The notes: generated by a model not told the origin, from the letters alone. DNA of 64,000 bases from Nitrospirota bacterium (GCA_963840455.1 CAWIYV010000001.1:308158-372157), one strand, 5' to 3'; counted from the first letter of the stretch, positions 19,958-30,464 are shown. Program-made: numbers and translations.

Positions 19958-20279
19958 CCGTTCCCTTCTCCTTTTCAGCCTGCGTTCCCTCGTTCTCGCT
20001 GCCGGCGGCATTGGCGGTCTCGGCGGCCTTGGCCGCCTCGGCCACCTTGATCTCGGCCTCCTTGCCTTCTACGGCGGCTTTCAGCTTCTCGATCTCCATA
20101 TTGCGCTCCACGGACCGCACTTCGGTCTCGATGGTCTCCTTCACCTCTTCTGTCGCCCGCTTGAACTCGGCAATGCCTTTTCCCAGGGCCTTGCCCAGCT
20201 CAGGCAGCTTCTTCGGGCCGAACACCACGAGGGCGATCACGAAGATAACGATCAGTTCCGGCAATCCAAGACCAAACAT
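19938..20279 (-). CDS. tatA: TatA/TatB-family subunit
   Basis: [28 protein letters not shown]. Confidence 0.9.
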   Translation of the reverse strand: MFGLGLPELIVIFVIALVVFGPKKLPELGKALGKGIAEFKRATEEVKETIETEVRSVERNMEIEKLKAAVEGKEAEIKVAEAAKAAETANAAGSENEGTQAEKEKGTDAYGKS

Positions 20280-20392
20280 AGCTCTTCTCCTTTTTTCCGT
20301 GAGGAGCGTCGAGTGCGAAGCGCGGCATGAAATGCAGGCACACCTCTTACGATGCCTTTTCTCCTCCGCACTACGAACTCCCCACTCCGAAC

Positions 20393-21454
20393 TCAGCTCT
20401 TCTCCGGTCTTTTTTCGACCACGACCTTGACCTCGATGGCCTTGCCCTGACGGCCCACCTTGAACGTCACGGTCTTGCCGATGTGACCGAAGGCGATCAT
20501 CCGGGGAAGCTCGGCGGGGCTCAGGATCTTCTTGCCGTCAAGTTCGATGATCACGTCCCCCCGGAGCAGCCCCGCTTTGTCCGCCGGGCCGCCCTTGGTG
20601 ACGGACCTGACGATAGCGCCGATGGGATCGGGCATGCCCAGCGCCTCAGCGATCTCCGGCGTCACGGCCTGCGCATCCACCCCGAGCCATCCGAGGTCGG
20701 GCCGTCCTTTTTCCCTGAGTGACGGAAGCACGTCTTTCACCATGTTCATGGGGACGGCAAAGCCGAGGTTTTGCCCCTTGGCCAGGATCATGGTGTTGAT
20801 CCCCACCACCTGGCCCGAGGTATTGAACAATGGCCCGCCGCTGTTCCCGGGGTTGATGGCCGCATCGGTCTGAATGAGGTCGTCATAGGGGCCCGCGCCG
20901 ATGACCCGGCCCTTCGCCGATACGATGCCCTTGGTCACGGTCTGGGACAGGCCGAAGGGGTTCCCGATGGCCATGACCCAGTCCCCCACTTCCAGAACGT
21001 CCGAGTCGCCGAGCGTCACGGCCTGCAGACCTGTTGCCTCGACCTTGATCAGGGCAATGTCGATCTCCGGCGACCTGCCGACGAGCTTCGCCTCGAGGAT
21101 ACGGCCGTCGTCAAAGGACACTCTGATGTCCGTCGCCTGGTCCACGACGTGGTTGTTGGTCAGGATATACCCGTCGGCGCTGATCACGAAGCCGGACCCC
21201 AGGCTCTGGCGCACCTGCTCCCTCGGCGGCTGCTGGCCGCCGAAGAACCGGTAAAAGAACTGGTCCATCTGCGGGTCACCGAAGGGCGACGGCTGCTTCA
21301 CTTTGATGACCTGACGAGTGGAGATGTTGACCACCGACGCCTTGTGCGCCTTCACCAGGGGTGCAAACGACTCCGGAGCGGTCACGGCCGGCGCGGCAGC
21401 AGGCAGGAGCGTGAGGATGAACGCGCAGACGTGGATGATTGACCGGGACCTCAT
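20393..21454 (-). CDS. HtrA/DegP-family serine protease with one PDZ domain
   Basis: TNNHV, DIAL, GNSGGP triad motifs; C-terminal PDZ. Confidence 0.92.
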   Translation of the reverse strand: MRSRSIIHVCAFILTLLPAAAPAVTAPESFAPLVKAHKASVVNISTRQVIKVKQPSPFGDPQMDQFFYRFFGGQQPPREQVRQSLGSGFVISADGYILTNNHVVDQATDIRVSFDDGRILEAKLVGRSPEIDIALIKVEATGLQAVTLGDSDVLEVGDWVMAIGNPFGLSQTVTKGIVSAKGRVIGAGPYDDLIQTDAAINPGNSGGPLFNTSGQVVGINTMILAKGQNLGFAVPMNMVKDVLPSLREKGRPDLGWLGVDAQAVTPEIAEALGMPDPIGAIVRSVTKGGPADKAGLLRGDVIIELDGKKILSPAELPRMIAFGHIGKTVTFKVGRQGKAIEVKVVVEKRPEKS

Positions 21455-21573
21455 GAAGGACCTCCGAACGGAAGTGTAAAATTCATAACACGGGGGCCGG
21501 GATTAGTCAAGGGATTTCATCGGGTTGCACCCTGCAACAGCGCCGGCATGAACGCGCGGCATGGATGAGAGGA

Positions 21574-21933
21574 CTACAACGTGACCCGTATCACGGTCTT
21601 CACATTGCCCCGCACATTGAAGTCGCCGGTCACTTCAAGGGCGCGAGGCTTGAGGCTCTTTTTCAACGCGTCAAAGATCAGGTTGGTCACGGCCTCGTGG
21701 GAGATGCTCTGGTCGCGGAACCCGTTCAGCCATAGCTTCAGGGCCTTCAGCTCCACGATCTTCCTGTTGGGCACATAGGTGATATTGATCGTGGCGAAAT
21801 CCGGATAGCCCGAACGCGGGCAGAGGCAGGTGAACTCGGGATAGGATATCTCGATCCTGTAGTCGCGGTCCGGGTTCGGATTGTCCCAGATCTCGAGCGT
21901 AGCCTGCTTGATGGCCTTGGCACCGTATTTCAT
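21574..21933 (-). CDS. queF: 7-cyano-7-deazaguanine reductase
   Basis: EFTCLCP..G.PDFA, ELKALKL, SHE, FNVRG. Confidence 0.92.
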   Translation of the reverse strand: MKYGAKAIKQATLEIWDNPNPDRDYRIEISYPEFTCLCPRSGYPDFATINITYVPNRKIVELKALKLWLNGFRDQSISHEAVTNLIFDALKKSLKPRALEVTGDFNVRGNVKTVIRVTL

Positions 21934-22024
21934 GGGGTGAATACTAGCAGGATGCCTTATTCAAGTAAAGGAAAAACACCAGGGAAGCAGGCGGCCGTGA
22001 TCTTTCATGCATCGTAGTGGACCT

Positions 22025-22139
22025 TGAATCCAGGAGCGAACGCATTCCCCGAAGCTTGCTGCGGGGTTAGCGAGCGATTAGAATGATATTACTGCCTTGA
22101 GGATCGATGATTCCCTGCAGCTTGCTGCAGGGAGCTTCA
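22025..22139 (-). repeat. ~115-bp element, copy 2 (inverted)
   Basis: Reverse complement of 18956-19070 with scattered mismatches. Confidence 0.85.
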
Positions 22140-22222
22140 ATCCGGGAGCGATCTCATTCTCCGCAGCCTGCTGCAGGGAGCCCCAACATTGCGCATGCCG
22201 TCAAGGGTCCTTGCCATACTCC

Positions 22223-23197
22223 TCAGTCGACCACCTTCAGCACGATCTTTCCCATGGTCTGCCGGCCCTCGAGCATGCGGTGCGCGTTCCCTGCCTCGGC
22301 CAGCGGCAGGACATGGTCGATGCGCAGCTTCAGCCACCGCTGCTTGATCGCGCCCAGGACCGCCCTTGAGCGGCGGGCCAGTTCCTCATGCGTCGCAATA
22401 TGGTTCCCCAGACTGCCGCCGGATAGTCTTATGGACCTCGCCCCAAGCTTGTTCGGGACAAAGGGATCCGCGGGGCCGCTGGCAGAGCCGAAAAGAACAA
22501 TATGGCCGTGGACCGCTGCTGTCTCCAGGTCGCCGGTGAACGTGCCCTTCCCCACGCCGTCGATGATGAGGTCCGCACCCCGGCCGTCCGTAAGACGCTT
22601 CACCTCGCTCACAAAATCCTGCTGCGTATAGAGGATCACGTGTTTGGCGCCCGCTTTTTTCGCTGCCACGGCCTTCTCCTCCGTGGAGACCGTTCCGATG
22701 ACCCGGGCGCCGAGATGCTTCAGCCACTGCACCAGAAGGAGCCCCACTCCGCCTGCCGCAGCGTGGACCAGGACCGTGTCCCCCTTTTTCGGTTTGCGGA
22801 AATCATGGAGAAGGTAGTGCGCCGTCATTCCCTGCAGCGGGAACGCTGCCCCCTGTTCAAAGGACAGCTCCTTCGGCAGTTTGATCAGCCGGTCCGCGTC
22901 GACCGCCGTGTACTCGCTGTAGCTCCCGAGGTGGCCGGTATAAGCGACCCGGCCGCCGACGCGGAACCCTTTCGCTCCCGGCCCGAGCGCCTCCACCACG
23001 CCTGACGCCTCCAGCCCGGGAATATAGGGCAGCTGGACCGGATAGGTCCCGCGCCGCTGGTAAATATCGACGAAATTCACGCCTGCCGCATGGATCTTCA
23101 CAAGGACCTGGCCTTTCGACGGTGCCGGTTTCGGTTCACTGTCCGTCAGCTTCAGGACGCTTGCATCACCATAGCTCGAGATCTTTATTGCTTTCAT
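22223..23197 (-). CDS. qor: NADPH:quinone oxidoreductase (zeta-crystallin/MDR family)
   Basis: GVNFVD..R.G.Y, PGLEASG, HAAAGGVG; likely start MKAIKI. Confidence 0.88.
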   Translation of the reverse strand: MKAIKISSYGDASVLKLTDSEPKPAPSKGQVLVKIHAAGVNFVDIYQRRGTYPVQLPYIPGLEASGVVEALGPGAKGFRVGGRVAYTGHLGSYSEYTAVDADRLIKLPKELSFEQGAAFPLQGMTAHYLLHDFRKPKKGDTVLVHAAAGGVGLLLVQWLKHLGARVIGTVSTEEKAVAAKKAGAKHVILYTQQDFVSEVKRLTDGRGADLIIDGVGKGTFTGDLETAAVHGHIVLFGSASGPADPFVPNKLGARSIRLSGGSLGNHIATHEELARRSRAVLGAIKQRWLKLRIDHVLPLAEAGNAHRMLEGRQTMGKIVLKVVD

Positions 23198-23314
23198 GGT
23201 CGTTCCTCCCGTTCCTCTATTGATGGTCTGGGTCTTGCTTCGTTCTTGATAAGGATAGATTAGCAAATATTCCAGGTACGTGACGCCACAAACTGAAAAT
23301 ATCAGGAGAGAACA

Positions 23315-23600
23315 TCATTGTTGAGGTGTGCACTGTCGCTGGACGAGAACGCGGTCCCTCTTATTTTTTAGGATCGGGATGGACCCGATACGAGGTGCCT
23401 GCCCTTCAAGCTTGACCTTTTTGATCCGTCCCTGGATGACCAGGTCAGCAAGGACCTCCTTCACCAGCTTCGTATGCTCATCGCTCTTCTGCCCCTTCTG
23501 CCGCCCGAACGATGCTGTCAAGGGTGACTTGGGCGTCGGGACGGCCGGAAAGATAGGAGAGTATGTCGAGCGCAGTCCCTGACCTGTCAGGATCTTTCAT
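23315..23600 (-). pseudogene. Small helical hypothetical protein, frameshifted
   Basis: MKDPDRSGTALDILSYLSGRPDAQVTLDSIV continues in another frame as ..KLVKEVLADLVIQGRI. Confidence 0.45.
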
Positions 23601-23679
23601 CGCCGTTCCCTGCCTGTCCCTGACCAGCTCCCTGCGAAAAGAAACAGCTCTCAAATGAGCAAAGGCTGAAGGCGTTCCT

Positions 23680-24642
23680 TCACGGGTGCTCCGCCAGCGA
23701 ACAGACCTCACCCCTTCCTTCTTTCTCTTCCAGCAACTGCTTATTGATGTCGATGGCGGCTGTCGCGCCCTCACCGGCAGCGATCACGACCTGGTCCTGG
23801 CCTGTGTTCAACGGGCCGACGATATAGAGGCCGCGCAGGGAGGATTCGTACACGCTGCTGGTCACATAATGGGCGTTCCCCGCATCCTTCTTGAGGGACA
23901 GGCCGGACAGAAAATCGTCGTTCAGCCTGATGCCGAAGGACGCCATGACCGCTTCGCAGGCTATACGCGTACCGTCCTCAAGCTCGAGCCCTTCCATGAC
24001 CTTCGCGCCGATGATCCTGACGGGCTTTCCGGGGACGACAGGGATCCCCTCATCAGCAAGCACTTCAGACGATGACGGCTGCAGGCTGAGCTCGTAGGGG
24101 ATGAACGTCGTGTCCTTGGCGAACATCTGCTTCATGGCAAGCGCCAGGTTAACGGCGTTGAGCGAGTTCCCGGTGACGACGAGCTTCTTGCCTGTCGTAC
24201 GGTAACCGTCGCAATCGATGCAGGTAAAGTAGCTCGTCCCCAGGAAACGGTGGAGATGTTCGATCGGCGGGAAAACATCTGACACACCGGTCGAAACGAT
24301 CAATGTCACGGCCCGGTAGGCCGAAGCGGCGGTGAAGACGGTAAAGAGACCGCCGTCCTTTTCTATCTTCGTCACGCGGTCCGTCTTGATCTGCACATTG
24401 AAGTTTGTTGCCTGCTCCAGTCCGCGTCGAATGATCTCCATTCCTGATATGAGCCGGTGGGTGAGGACGTTCTCGATAAAATGCGCGTGGCTCGTCCGCC
24501 CCCCGCCCCGGTCGATCAGCAGGACATCGCGATTATAGCGGCCGAGGTAGATGGCTGCCTGCAACCCCCCCGGACCGGCGCCAATGACGATGGAGTCATA
24601 GATGCGATCGTCCAGCCCCCGTGTAGCGAAAGTTGTGTCCAT
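23680..24642 (-). CDS. Thioredoxin reductase-like FAD-dependent disulfide oxidoreductase
   Basis: GAGPGG FAD motif, CIDC redox motif, AAGEG. Confidence 0.85.
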   Translation of the reverse strand: MDTTFATRGLDDRIYDSIVIGAGPGGLQAAIYLGRYNRDVLLIDRGGGRTSHAHFIENVLTHRLISGMEIIRRGLEQATNFNVQIKTDRVTKIEKDGGLFTVFTAASAYRAVTLIVSTGVSDVFPPIEHLHRFLGTSYFTCIDCDGYRTTGKKLVVTGNSLNAVNLALAMKQMFAKDTTFIPYELSLQPSSSEVLADEGIPVVPGKPVRIIGAKVMEGLELEDGTRIACEAVMASFGIRLNDDFLSGLSLKKDAGNAHYVTSSVYESSLRGLYIVGPLNTGQDQVVIAAGEGATAAIDINKQLLEEKEGRGEVCSLAEHP

Positions 24643-24666
24643 CGTGGGCCTCCCTTCCGAAGGAGC

Positions 24667-25038
24667 TCACCGTGCAGTCCATGCACGGTGCCAAAGGTGC
24701 CGTGCATCCTTCATCGCCGCCTTACCGTTCTCAGGATCCACCAACCGAGGCCCGGCATACTCCCTGATATGGTTAACAATCAGGGCGCCGAGCCTGCTTC
24801 CTTTGCGAAGATCCCTGACGATGATGCGCTCGTTCCCCCCTATTCGCTGCACGATGCCGAATGCGACCAGACGATCGTTCTCAACGGCTGCGACTACGTC
24901 CGCATCCTTCTGAAGGCAGCCGCCATGATGCTTCTGGAGATATTCCCGTATCCCGATCAGGTCCCTGCCGGTCGCATGCCGGATTGCCACGAGCTTGCCG
25001 GTTATCTTCGATATCCCCGTGCGATAAGGATCAGCCAC
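24667..25038 (-). CDS. Hypothetical protein, possibly a degenerate GNAT fold
   Basis: GTG start behind GGAGG; IRHAT..D, RKGSRLG pattern. Confidence 0.5.
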   Translation of the reverse strand: MADPYRTGISKITGKLVAIRHATGRDLIGIREYLQKHHGGCLQKDADVVAAVENDRLVAFGIVQRIGGNERIIVRDLRKGSRLGALIVNHIREYAGPRLVDPENGKAAMKDARHLWHRAWTAR

Positions 25039-25043
25039 CGTGA

Positions 25044-25466
25044 TCACCTCCTGTGGCCGCCCGCCCGCGTTCTGCCCCCCGCCAGATGGGACAGGAACGC
25101 CGCGATGCGGTATCTCCGGTCCGCGAACCATCGGTAGGCGATCCGGGACAGAACTGCTGCTCCCGGCAGCCGGAACAGCGGGGCGGCAAAACGGTAGCCC
25201 CTGAGCCGCGAAACGATCCTGGGCAGCGCCTGTTCCCCGACCAGCACCGTGCCGTCGGGGAGCACCAGGTGCATTGCCGTCATGCAGTCGGAGCGATTGA
25301 CCTCGGGGTGCAGCGCGCCCCGTTTTTCCGACTGGCACGCCACCATTTCAAAGGACCCGCTGATCTCATGCTCGCTGATCCATTTCACCGTGCCGGAGCA
25401 AACCGGGCATTTGCCGTCGTAGATGAGCGTTGCAAGTTCCTTATGATTGTTCTGCTCCCTCTTCAT
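25044..25466 (-). CDS. DUF393/DCC-family thiol-disulfide oxidoreductase
   Basis: YDGKCPVC and YRWFADRRY motifs. Confidence 0.85.
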   Translation of the reverse strand: MKREQNNHKELATLIYDGKCPVCSGTVKWISEHEISGSFEMVACQSEKRGALHPEVNRSDCMTAMHLVLPDGTVLVGEQALPRIVSRLRGYRFAAPLFRLPGAAVLSRIAYRWFADRRYRIAAFLSHLAGGRTRAGGHRR

Positions 25467-25467
25467 C

Positions 25468-25908
25468 TTAATCACCAAAATAGATCTTCATGTCATAAGG
25501 AGTGGGGCGACCTTCACCCCGCTCAAGCCAGTCCCTCAGGCTCAACAGGAACGTGGCCCATTTGGTGCTGCAATGGTGCATGAACTCCCCGGGCTCTTTC
25601 CAGTTCGCATGGGTGAAGAGGACGAAGACCTGACCGTCCTCGGATCTTAAGCGAAAGGTCACATCCGTGCCGACCCACTCTTTGGGCCCGTCCACGCATT
25701 TCCATTTTACCAGCTCGTTCGGCTTCAGCTCCACGACCTTCATGTCAAAGCCCCCGCCATCGAACCGAAAGCGAAGAGTACCGCCGGGCTTGGCTTCCCC
25801 GGTGGTATCGGTGGACCACCAACGGGAAAGCCCCTCAATAGTGGCAATGGCCTCAAAGACCTTCTCAGGCGTGCTTCGAATTCCAACCCTATGACGGATA
25901 TCCGGCAT
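25468..25908 (-). CDS. SRPBCC/AHSA1-domain protein
   Basis: PEKVFEA..T.EGL.RWW, WVGT..F, FTHANW, CSTKW. Confidence 0.85.
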   Translation of the reverse strand: MPDIRHRVGIRSTPEKVFEAIATIEGLSRWWSTDTTGEAKPGGTLRFRFDGGGFDMKVVELKPNELVKWKCVDGPKEWVGTDVTFRLRSEDGQVFVLFTHANWKEPGEFMHHCSTKWATFLLSLRDWLERGEGRPTPYDMKIYFGD

Positions 25909-26011
25909 GGCATCCTCCTCTTGGGCACTCTACAGCCTCTTCACTCGTTAAGCATCTGCTTCCGAAGAACTTTCACCTTCTCTTTCGGCGGCGCTCTTCC
26001 CGGCCCCGGCG

Positions 26012-26060
26012 AAAAAAAAGGCCGAGTCACCTGATGGAGTTATCCTTCGGCAGCTCGGCC
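26012..26060 (-). terminator. Riboswitch-controlled intrinsic terminator
   Basis: Minus strand GGCCGAG...CTCGGCC followed by T8; 5' arm overlaps the aptamer 3' strand. Confidence 0.75.
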
Positions 26061-26125
26061 ATCTTCCCGGGGGAAGATTCGTGACTTTCCGTCCCCTCCT
26101 CGCGGAGGGTTTGGCTTTATCGGGA
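26043..26125 (-). ncRNA. c-di-GMP-I (GEMM) riboswitch aptamer
   Basis: Minus strand GATAAAGCCAAACCCTCCGCGAGGAGGGGACGGAAAGTCACG...GGCCGAGCTGCCGAA fits the GEMM-I consensus (AAACC, GNRA loop, GGGACG.AAAG, terminal CCGA). Confidence 0.85.
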
Positions 26126-26308
26126 CTATTCCAGTCCTGTTAAATATATACCTCTCCGGTCTGTTCCTGTCAAGACATTCGGGGAGCTGATGCGCTCCCC
26201 TGCATGACGATCTGGCCGGTATGACCCGGCGCAGGAAAGTGGTAAAATACCATGCGGGAGCAGAGCAGCATGTGTTCCTTCGACACCTGATGCTGGAGGT
26301 GATCGGCC

Positions 26309-27028
26309 ATGATCGTGATCCGGAAACCAGGAGAAATCTACCAGATCGAGGGCGAGATCCAGAACGGCACGTTCCACGGCCGCTGGCACTTCTCCTTTGG
26401 CGATTATTACGACCCGTCCTTCGAGCGGTTCGGCGCGCTCCGGGTGTTCAACGACGACACCCTCTCACCCGGCGCTGTCTGGCCCCTCCATCCCCACCAG
26501 GACAACGAGGTGGTGACGTACTGCGCAGGCGGCGAGTTCCGGCATGCTGATGAACGCGGCAAGGGCGGGGTGCTGAAAAAGGGGTGGGTCCAGCATACGA
26601 CCGTTGGACGCGGCATGTGGCACTCGGAGATCAACAACCGGCCTGATGAGCCCATGCGGTTCATCCAGATGTGGTTCCTGCCCTCAAAGCACGGCCTTGA
26701 TCCTTCGGTGGAACAGAAGGCGATCGAACAGAAGGACCGGACAGGCCTGTTCCTGCCGCTCGTCTCGAACACGTTCCCCGGCGCCCTCAGGATCGTGTCT
26801 GACGCTGCGGTCTCGTCGTCCTTCCTGACGTCGGGTCAGCAGGTGACCAGACAGCTTGCAGATAACTGGGGTTCCTACCTCTATGTTCTTGAAGGTGGTC
26901 CGGTGCTGGTGAACGGGAAGCGGGCCACGGCCCTCTCGTCGTTCATGATCACGGATGAGAAGCAGTTCACGGTCAGGGCCGACCAGGACACCGAGCTGCT
27001 GCTGGTCGAGGTGCGGATGGACGTGTAA
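26309..27028 (+). CDS. Pirin-family protein (YhhW-like)
   Basis: HFSF..YYDP, LRVFNDD, HPH, HSE, QMW. Confidence 0.9.
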   Translation: MIVIRKPGEIYQIEGEIQNGTFHGRWHFSFGDYYDPSFERFGALRVFNDDTLSPGAVWPLHPHQDNEVVTYCAGGEFRHADERGKGGVLKKGWVQHTTVGRGMWHSEINNRPDEPMRFIQMWFLPSKHGLDPSVEQKAIEQKDRTGLFLPLVSNTFPGALRIVSDAAVSSSFLTSGQQVTRQLADNWGSYLYVLEGGPVLVNGKRATALSSFMITDEKQFTVRADQDTELLLVEVRMDV

Positions 27029-27048
27029 TCTCTGATGGAGGAAACGAC

Positions 27049-27786
27049 ATGACCGAACCTGAGAGAAGGATCGCGCTCGTGACCGGCGCGAACAAGGGAC
27101 TGGGGTTCGAGACCAGCCGCCAACTCGCCAAGATGGGCATCTTCGTGCTGATGGGTTCGCGCAATATGACACGGGGAAAGGCAGCTGCAAAGGAGCTGCA
27201 GAAGGAAGGGCTCCTGGTCGAGTTCCTCCAGCTCGATGTTACCAAGCCTGAGCAGATCAGCAAGGCAGCAGCGGAGATCAGGAAGCGCTATGGGAAACTC
27301 GATATCCTGGTGAACAATGCCGGCAAATCCGCGCATGAAGACCATGGTCGGAACAGCACGGCCACGGTCTCTTCGAGAGCCCTGAGGGGGACCTTTGAAG
27401 TGAATTTCTTCGGCCTCGTGGAGCTTACGCAGAGGCTCCTGCCGCTGCTCAGAAAGAGCGCTGCGGGAAGGATCGTGAACGTTTCGAGCATCCTGGGGTC
27501 GCTCGCGATCCACAGCAGGGAAGGCGGCATGTCCTATAAGCCCTTTGCCTACGACGCGTCCAAGACCGCGGTGAACACCTTCACCATCCACCTCGCAGCA
27601 GCGCTTGCCGGGACGAACATCAAGGCCAATTCAGTCCATCCGGGGTGGGTCAGGACCGATATGGGCGGTCCAAATGCCCCGCTCACGCCTTCCGAAGGCG
27701 CGGAGACCGCGGTCCGGCTTGCTACGGTCGGGCCCGACGGACCTACAGGGAAGTTCTTTCATGGCGAGGAAGAGCTGCCGTGGTAA
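27049..27786 (+). CDS. SDR-family carbonyl reductase-like oxidoreductase
   Basis: TGANKGLG, NNAG, YDASK, HPGWVRTDMG. Confidence 0.92.
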   Translation: MTEPERRIALVTGANKGLGFETSRQLAKMGIFVLMGSRNMTRGKAAAKELQKEGLLVEFLQLDVTKPEQISKAAAEIRKRYGKLDILVNNAGKSAHEDHGRNSTATVSSRALRGTFEVNFFGLVELTQRLLPLLRKSAAGRIVNVSSILGSLAIHSREGGMSYKPFAYDASKTAVNTFTIHLAAALAGTNIKANSVHPGWVRTDMGGPNAPLTPSEGAETAVRLATVGPDGPTGKFFHGEEELPW

Positions 27787-27956
27787 GACAGAAGTGATCC
27801 AGGAGCAGGAGAGCTATCGCAGGAGAGAGAAAGCATACCCGTTGCAAGGCCCATAACAGATATGAGAGGACTGAACAAAAGATAACGGTGGGAGGATTCT
27901 CGATCGTGGAACGCGAAATGCGATTGTTTTTTTGTTTCACCTCTATATAATGAACC

Positions 27957-29015
27957 ATGCCTCCTGCATTCAACTGTATCGCCACCGGCATCGGCAGCCT
28001 TCCCCTCACCGATCCCGATAAGGCAACAGCACTGGCCCTCCATTACCTCCCCGAAGCCCCGATCTGGCCGCAGCTCCCGCAGAGGTCGTTCCTGGAGCAC
28101 TTCTGCGCTCAGTACAGCGAAGGTTTTCCGGCAGTGATGATTGACCAGACAAATGAACGGATATGGTTCGACACGTCACACGATCTGTCGGCAGACCTTG
28201 AGCGATTCTACGAGCGATACCTGGCAAAAGATGTTGAACACTTCAGAATATCAGAAGAGTACACTGCGGGCTTCTACGCCTTTGTCGGCGATCTCAAGAA
28301 GAATGGCCTGCCTCCCCGCGCCCGATTCCTCAAAGGCCACTGCACGGGCCCCCTCACCTTCGGCATAACCGTAAAGGACCATGCAGGCAAGGACATCGCT
28401 TACAACGACATGCTCTTTGACGCCATCACCAAGGGGCTTGCCATGAAAGCCGCCTGGCAGGTCAGGGTCCTGAAGCAGTTCGGCCTGCCGGTCATCATCT
28501 TTATCGACGACCCGGCCATGTATGCGCTCAGTTCCGGACTGTACTCGCTCTCAGCCGACATGGTGGCGGACAAACTGCGCGAGATCATCTCCATGGTCCA
28601 TGACGAGGGAGGCATCACCGGCATCCATTGCTGCGGCAATGCTGACTGGCCCCTCCTCTTCCGGACCGGTGTGGACATCGTCAGCTTCGACGCCTCCAGC
28701 TACCTGGACAAGGTCCTGCTCTATCCCGGGGAGATCAGGGAATTCTACAGCCGCGGCGGAAGCCTTGCCTGGGGCATTGTGCCCACGACCGCGTTCACCG
28801 GTAAAGAGAACGCGGACAACCTGATCGATGAACTGGAAGGCGGGATACATCGGCTCGTTGACTCAGGGATCGACCGTACAACCATCCTGCGCCAGAGCCT
28901 CATCACGCCCTCCTGCGGGCTGGGGAGCCTGACACCAGCACATGCGGAGGCTATTCTGGAACTGACCAGGGAAGTTTCGGATAAAATGCAGAGGAAGATA
29001 CTGACACGGGGATAG
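27957..29015 (+). CDS. Core (folate-independent, MesB-like) methionine synthase homolog, copy 1
   Basis: TGIGSLP, WPQLP, TGP.T, GIHCCG, ITPSCG Zn-ligand pattern of the MetE C-terminal barrel. Confidence 0.75.
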   Translation: MPPAFNCIATGIGSLPLTDPDKATALALHYLPEAPIWPQLPQRSFLEHFCAQYSEGFPAVMIDQTNERIWFDTSHDLSADLERFYERYLAKDVEHFRISEEYTAGFYAFVGDLKKNGLPPRARFLKGHCTGPLTFGITVKDHAGKDIAYNDMLFDAITKGLAMKAAWQVRVLKQFGLPVIIFIDDPAMYALSSGLYSLSADMVADKLREIISMVHDEGGITGIHCCGNADWPLLFRTGVDIVSFDASSYLDKVLLYPGEIREFYSRGGSLAWGIVPTTAFTGKENADNLIDELEGGIHRLVDSGIDRTTILRQSLITPSCGLGSLTPAHAEAILELTREVSDKMQRKILTRG

Positions 29016-29132
29016 GGGGACAAAGAGAAAAAGAGTAAATTAATTCCTTTGACAAGGTATTGCACAGATGGGTCATAGCTCTTGTTCGACCAGAGGCCGT
29101 CCGGTCAGACAGAGATGATGATGCAATGCATC

Positions 29133-29206
29133 CTTCCCGCGCAAGCGGGAATCCAGTATGTTTTCATCCCCTCCGGAATCCCCGATAGAAGCATTCGGGG
29201 ATGACG
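29133..29206. repeat. REP-like palindrome pair
   Basis: TTCCCGCGCAAGCGGGAATCCAG and TCCCCGATAGAAGCATTCGGGGATGAC hairpins in opposite orientation. Confidence 0.6.
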
Positions 29207-29326
29207 ATCTTTCTCGAATCCCTTTTCTTATGTCCCGTGGTTAGTTCAAGTTTGCATTGTAATTTCCCCTTCTCGAATATATAATGCAATTTGCTCTGAT
29301 AGCACCCATGAAAGGATCCCTGCTCC

Positions 29327-30370
29327 ATGTCCCATGATTTCAATTGCATAGCCACCGGCATCGGCAGCCTGCCGATCACCGATCCTGATGAGGCAGCGAC
29401 GCTGTCGCTCCAGTACCTCCCCGAGGCGCCGATCTGGCCCCAGCTCCCGCAGCGGAGCTTCCATGAACATATGGATGGCCAGTACAGCGAGTCCCTGCCC
29501 GGCATCGTTGTTGACGAGAAAAAGCGGCGTTTCTCCTTCGACACCTCGAAGGACCTCACGCCTGAGCTAGAGAGGTTCTTCCAGCATTACCTGGAAAAGG
29601 ACTATGCCTTCTTCAGGATATCGGAGGACTATGCAGCCGGATTCTACGGTTTCCAGCGGGCGATCAGGAAAGGCCTGCCGAAACAGGCGCGGTTCATCAA
29701 AGGCGGCATCACCGGCCCCCTCACCGCGGGCATCTCGTTCAAGGACGAAACCGGGAAGGATATCATCCATAACGACGTGATGTTCGACGCTGTCGTAAAG
29801 GGCCTGGCCATGAAGGCCGCATGGCAGATCGAGGCGTTCAAGCCCTTCGGCCTGCCGGTCATCATCTTTATCGACGAGCCTGCTATGGAGTCGCTCGGCT
29901 CGGCTTTCTCCGCGGCATCGCCCGGAATGGTGTCGGAAAAACTGGACGAGATCATCGACACCATCCACGAGCTCGGCGGCATTGCCGGCATCCACTGCTG
30001 CGGCAACGCGGACTGGCCCATGATCTTCAACACGAAGGTGGACATCGTGAACTTCGACGCCTTCGGGTATGTCGAGAAGGTCCTGCTCTACCCCGACGAC
30101 ATCAGGAGGTTCTATGCCCGTGGCGGAGCGCTCGCCTGGGGCATCGTCCCGACCGGCGCGTTCACCGGCAAGGAAACAGCCGACACGCTGATTGAATGGC
30201 TGGAGACGAACATGAAGCGGCTGGAGGGTTCCGGCATCAACCGGCAGACCATCCTCCGGCAGTGCCTCATTACGCCGTCTTGCGGCATGGGAAGCCTCAC
30301 GCCCGAGCAGTCGCTGGCGATCCTGAAGCTGACGCGCGAGGTCTCGGACCGGATGCAGAAGAAGATCTAG
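29327..30370 (+). CDS. Core (MesB-like) methionine synthase homolog, copy 2
   Basis: Same motifs, with FIDEP; collinear paralog of copy 1. Confidence 0.78.
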   Translation: MSHDFNCIATGIGSLPITDPDEAATLSLQYLPEAPIWPQLPQRSFHEHMDGQYSESLPGIVVDEKKRRFSFDTSKDLTPELERFFQHYLEKDYAFFRISEDYAAGFYGFQRAIRKGLPKQARFIKGGITGPLTAGISFKDETGKDIIHNDVMFDAVVKGLAMKAAWQIEAFKPFGLPVIIFIDEPAMESLGSAFSAASPGMVSEKLDEIIDTIHELGGIAGIHCCGNADWPMIFNTKVDIVNFDAFGYVEKVLLYPDDIRRFYARGGALAWGIVPTGAFTGKETADTLIEWLETNMKRLEGSGINRQTILRQCLITPSCGMGSLTPEQSLAILKLTREVSDRMQKKI

Positions 30371-30464
30371 ACGCGGGGAACGGCTGAACATGCATCGAAC
30401 GATACTCGGATCCCGGATCCCGGACCCCGGGCCCCTGCCCCTGCCCCCTGACCCCCGGGATATT

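Noticed and set aside
21934-22024. preQ1 riboswitch upstream of queF
   Set aside because: No preQ1 hairpin or A-rich tail; the gene appears leaderless.
26043-26125. 3',3'-cGAMP (GEMM-Ib) riboswitch assignment
   Set aside because: The discriminating position (G20 equivalent in AAAGCCAAACC) is G, not A.
30390-30464. Pro-rich N-terminal extension of TonB
   Set aside because: It is translated heptamer repeat DNA; the ATG at 30465 directly precedes the TM anchor.
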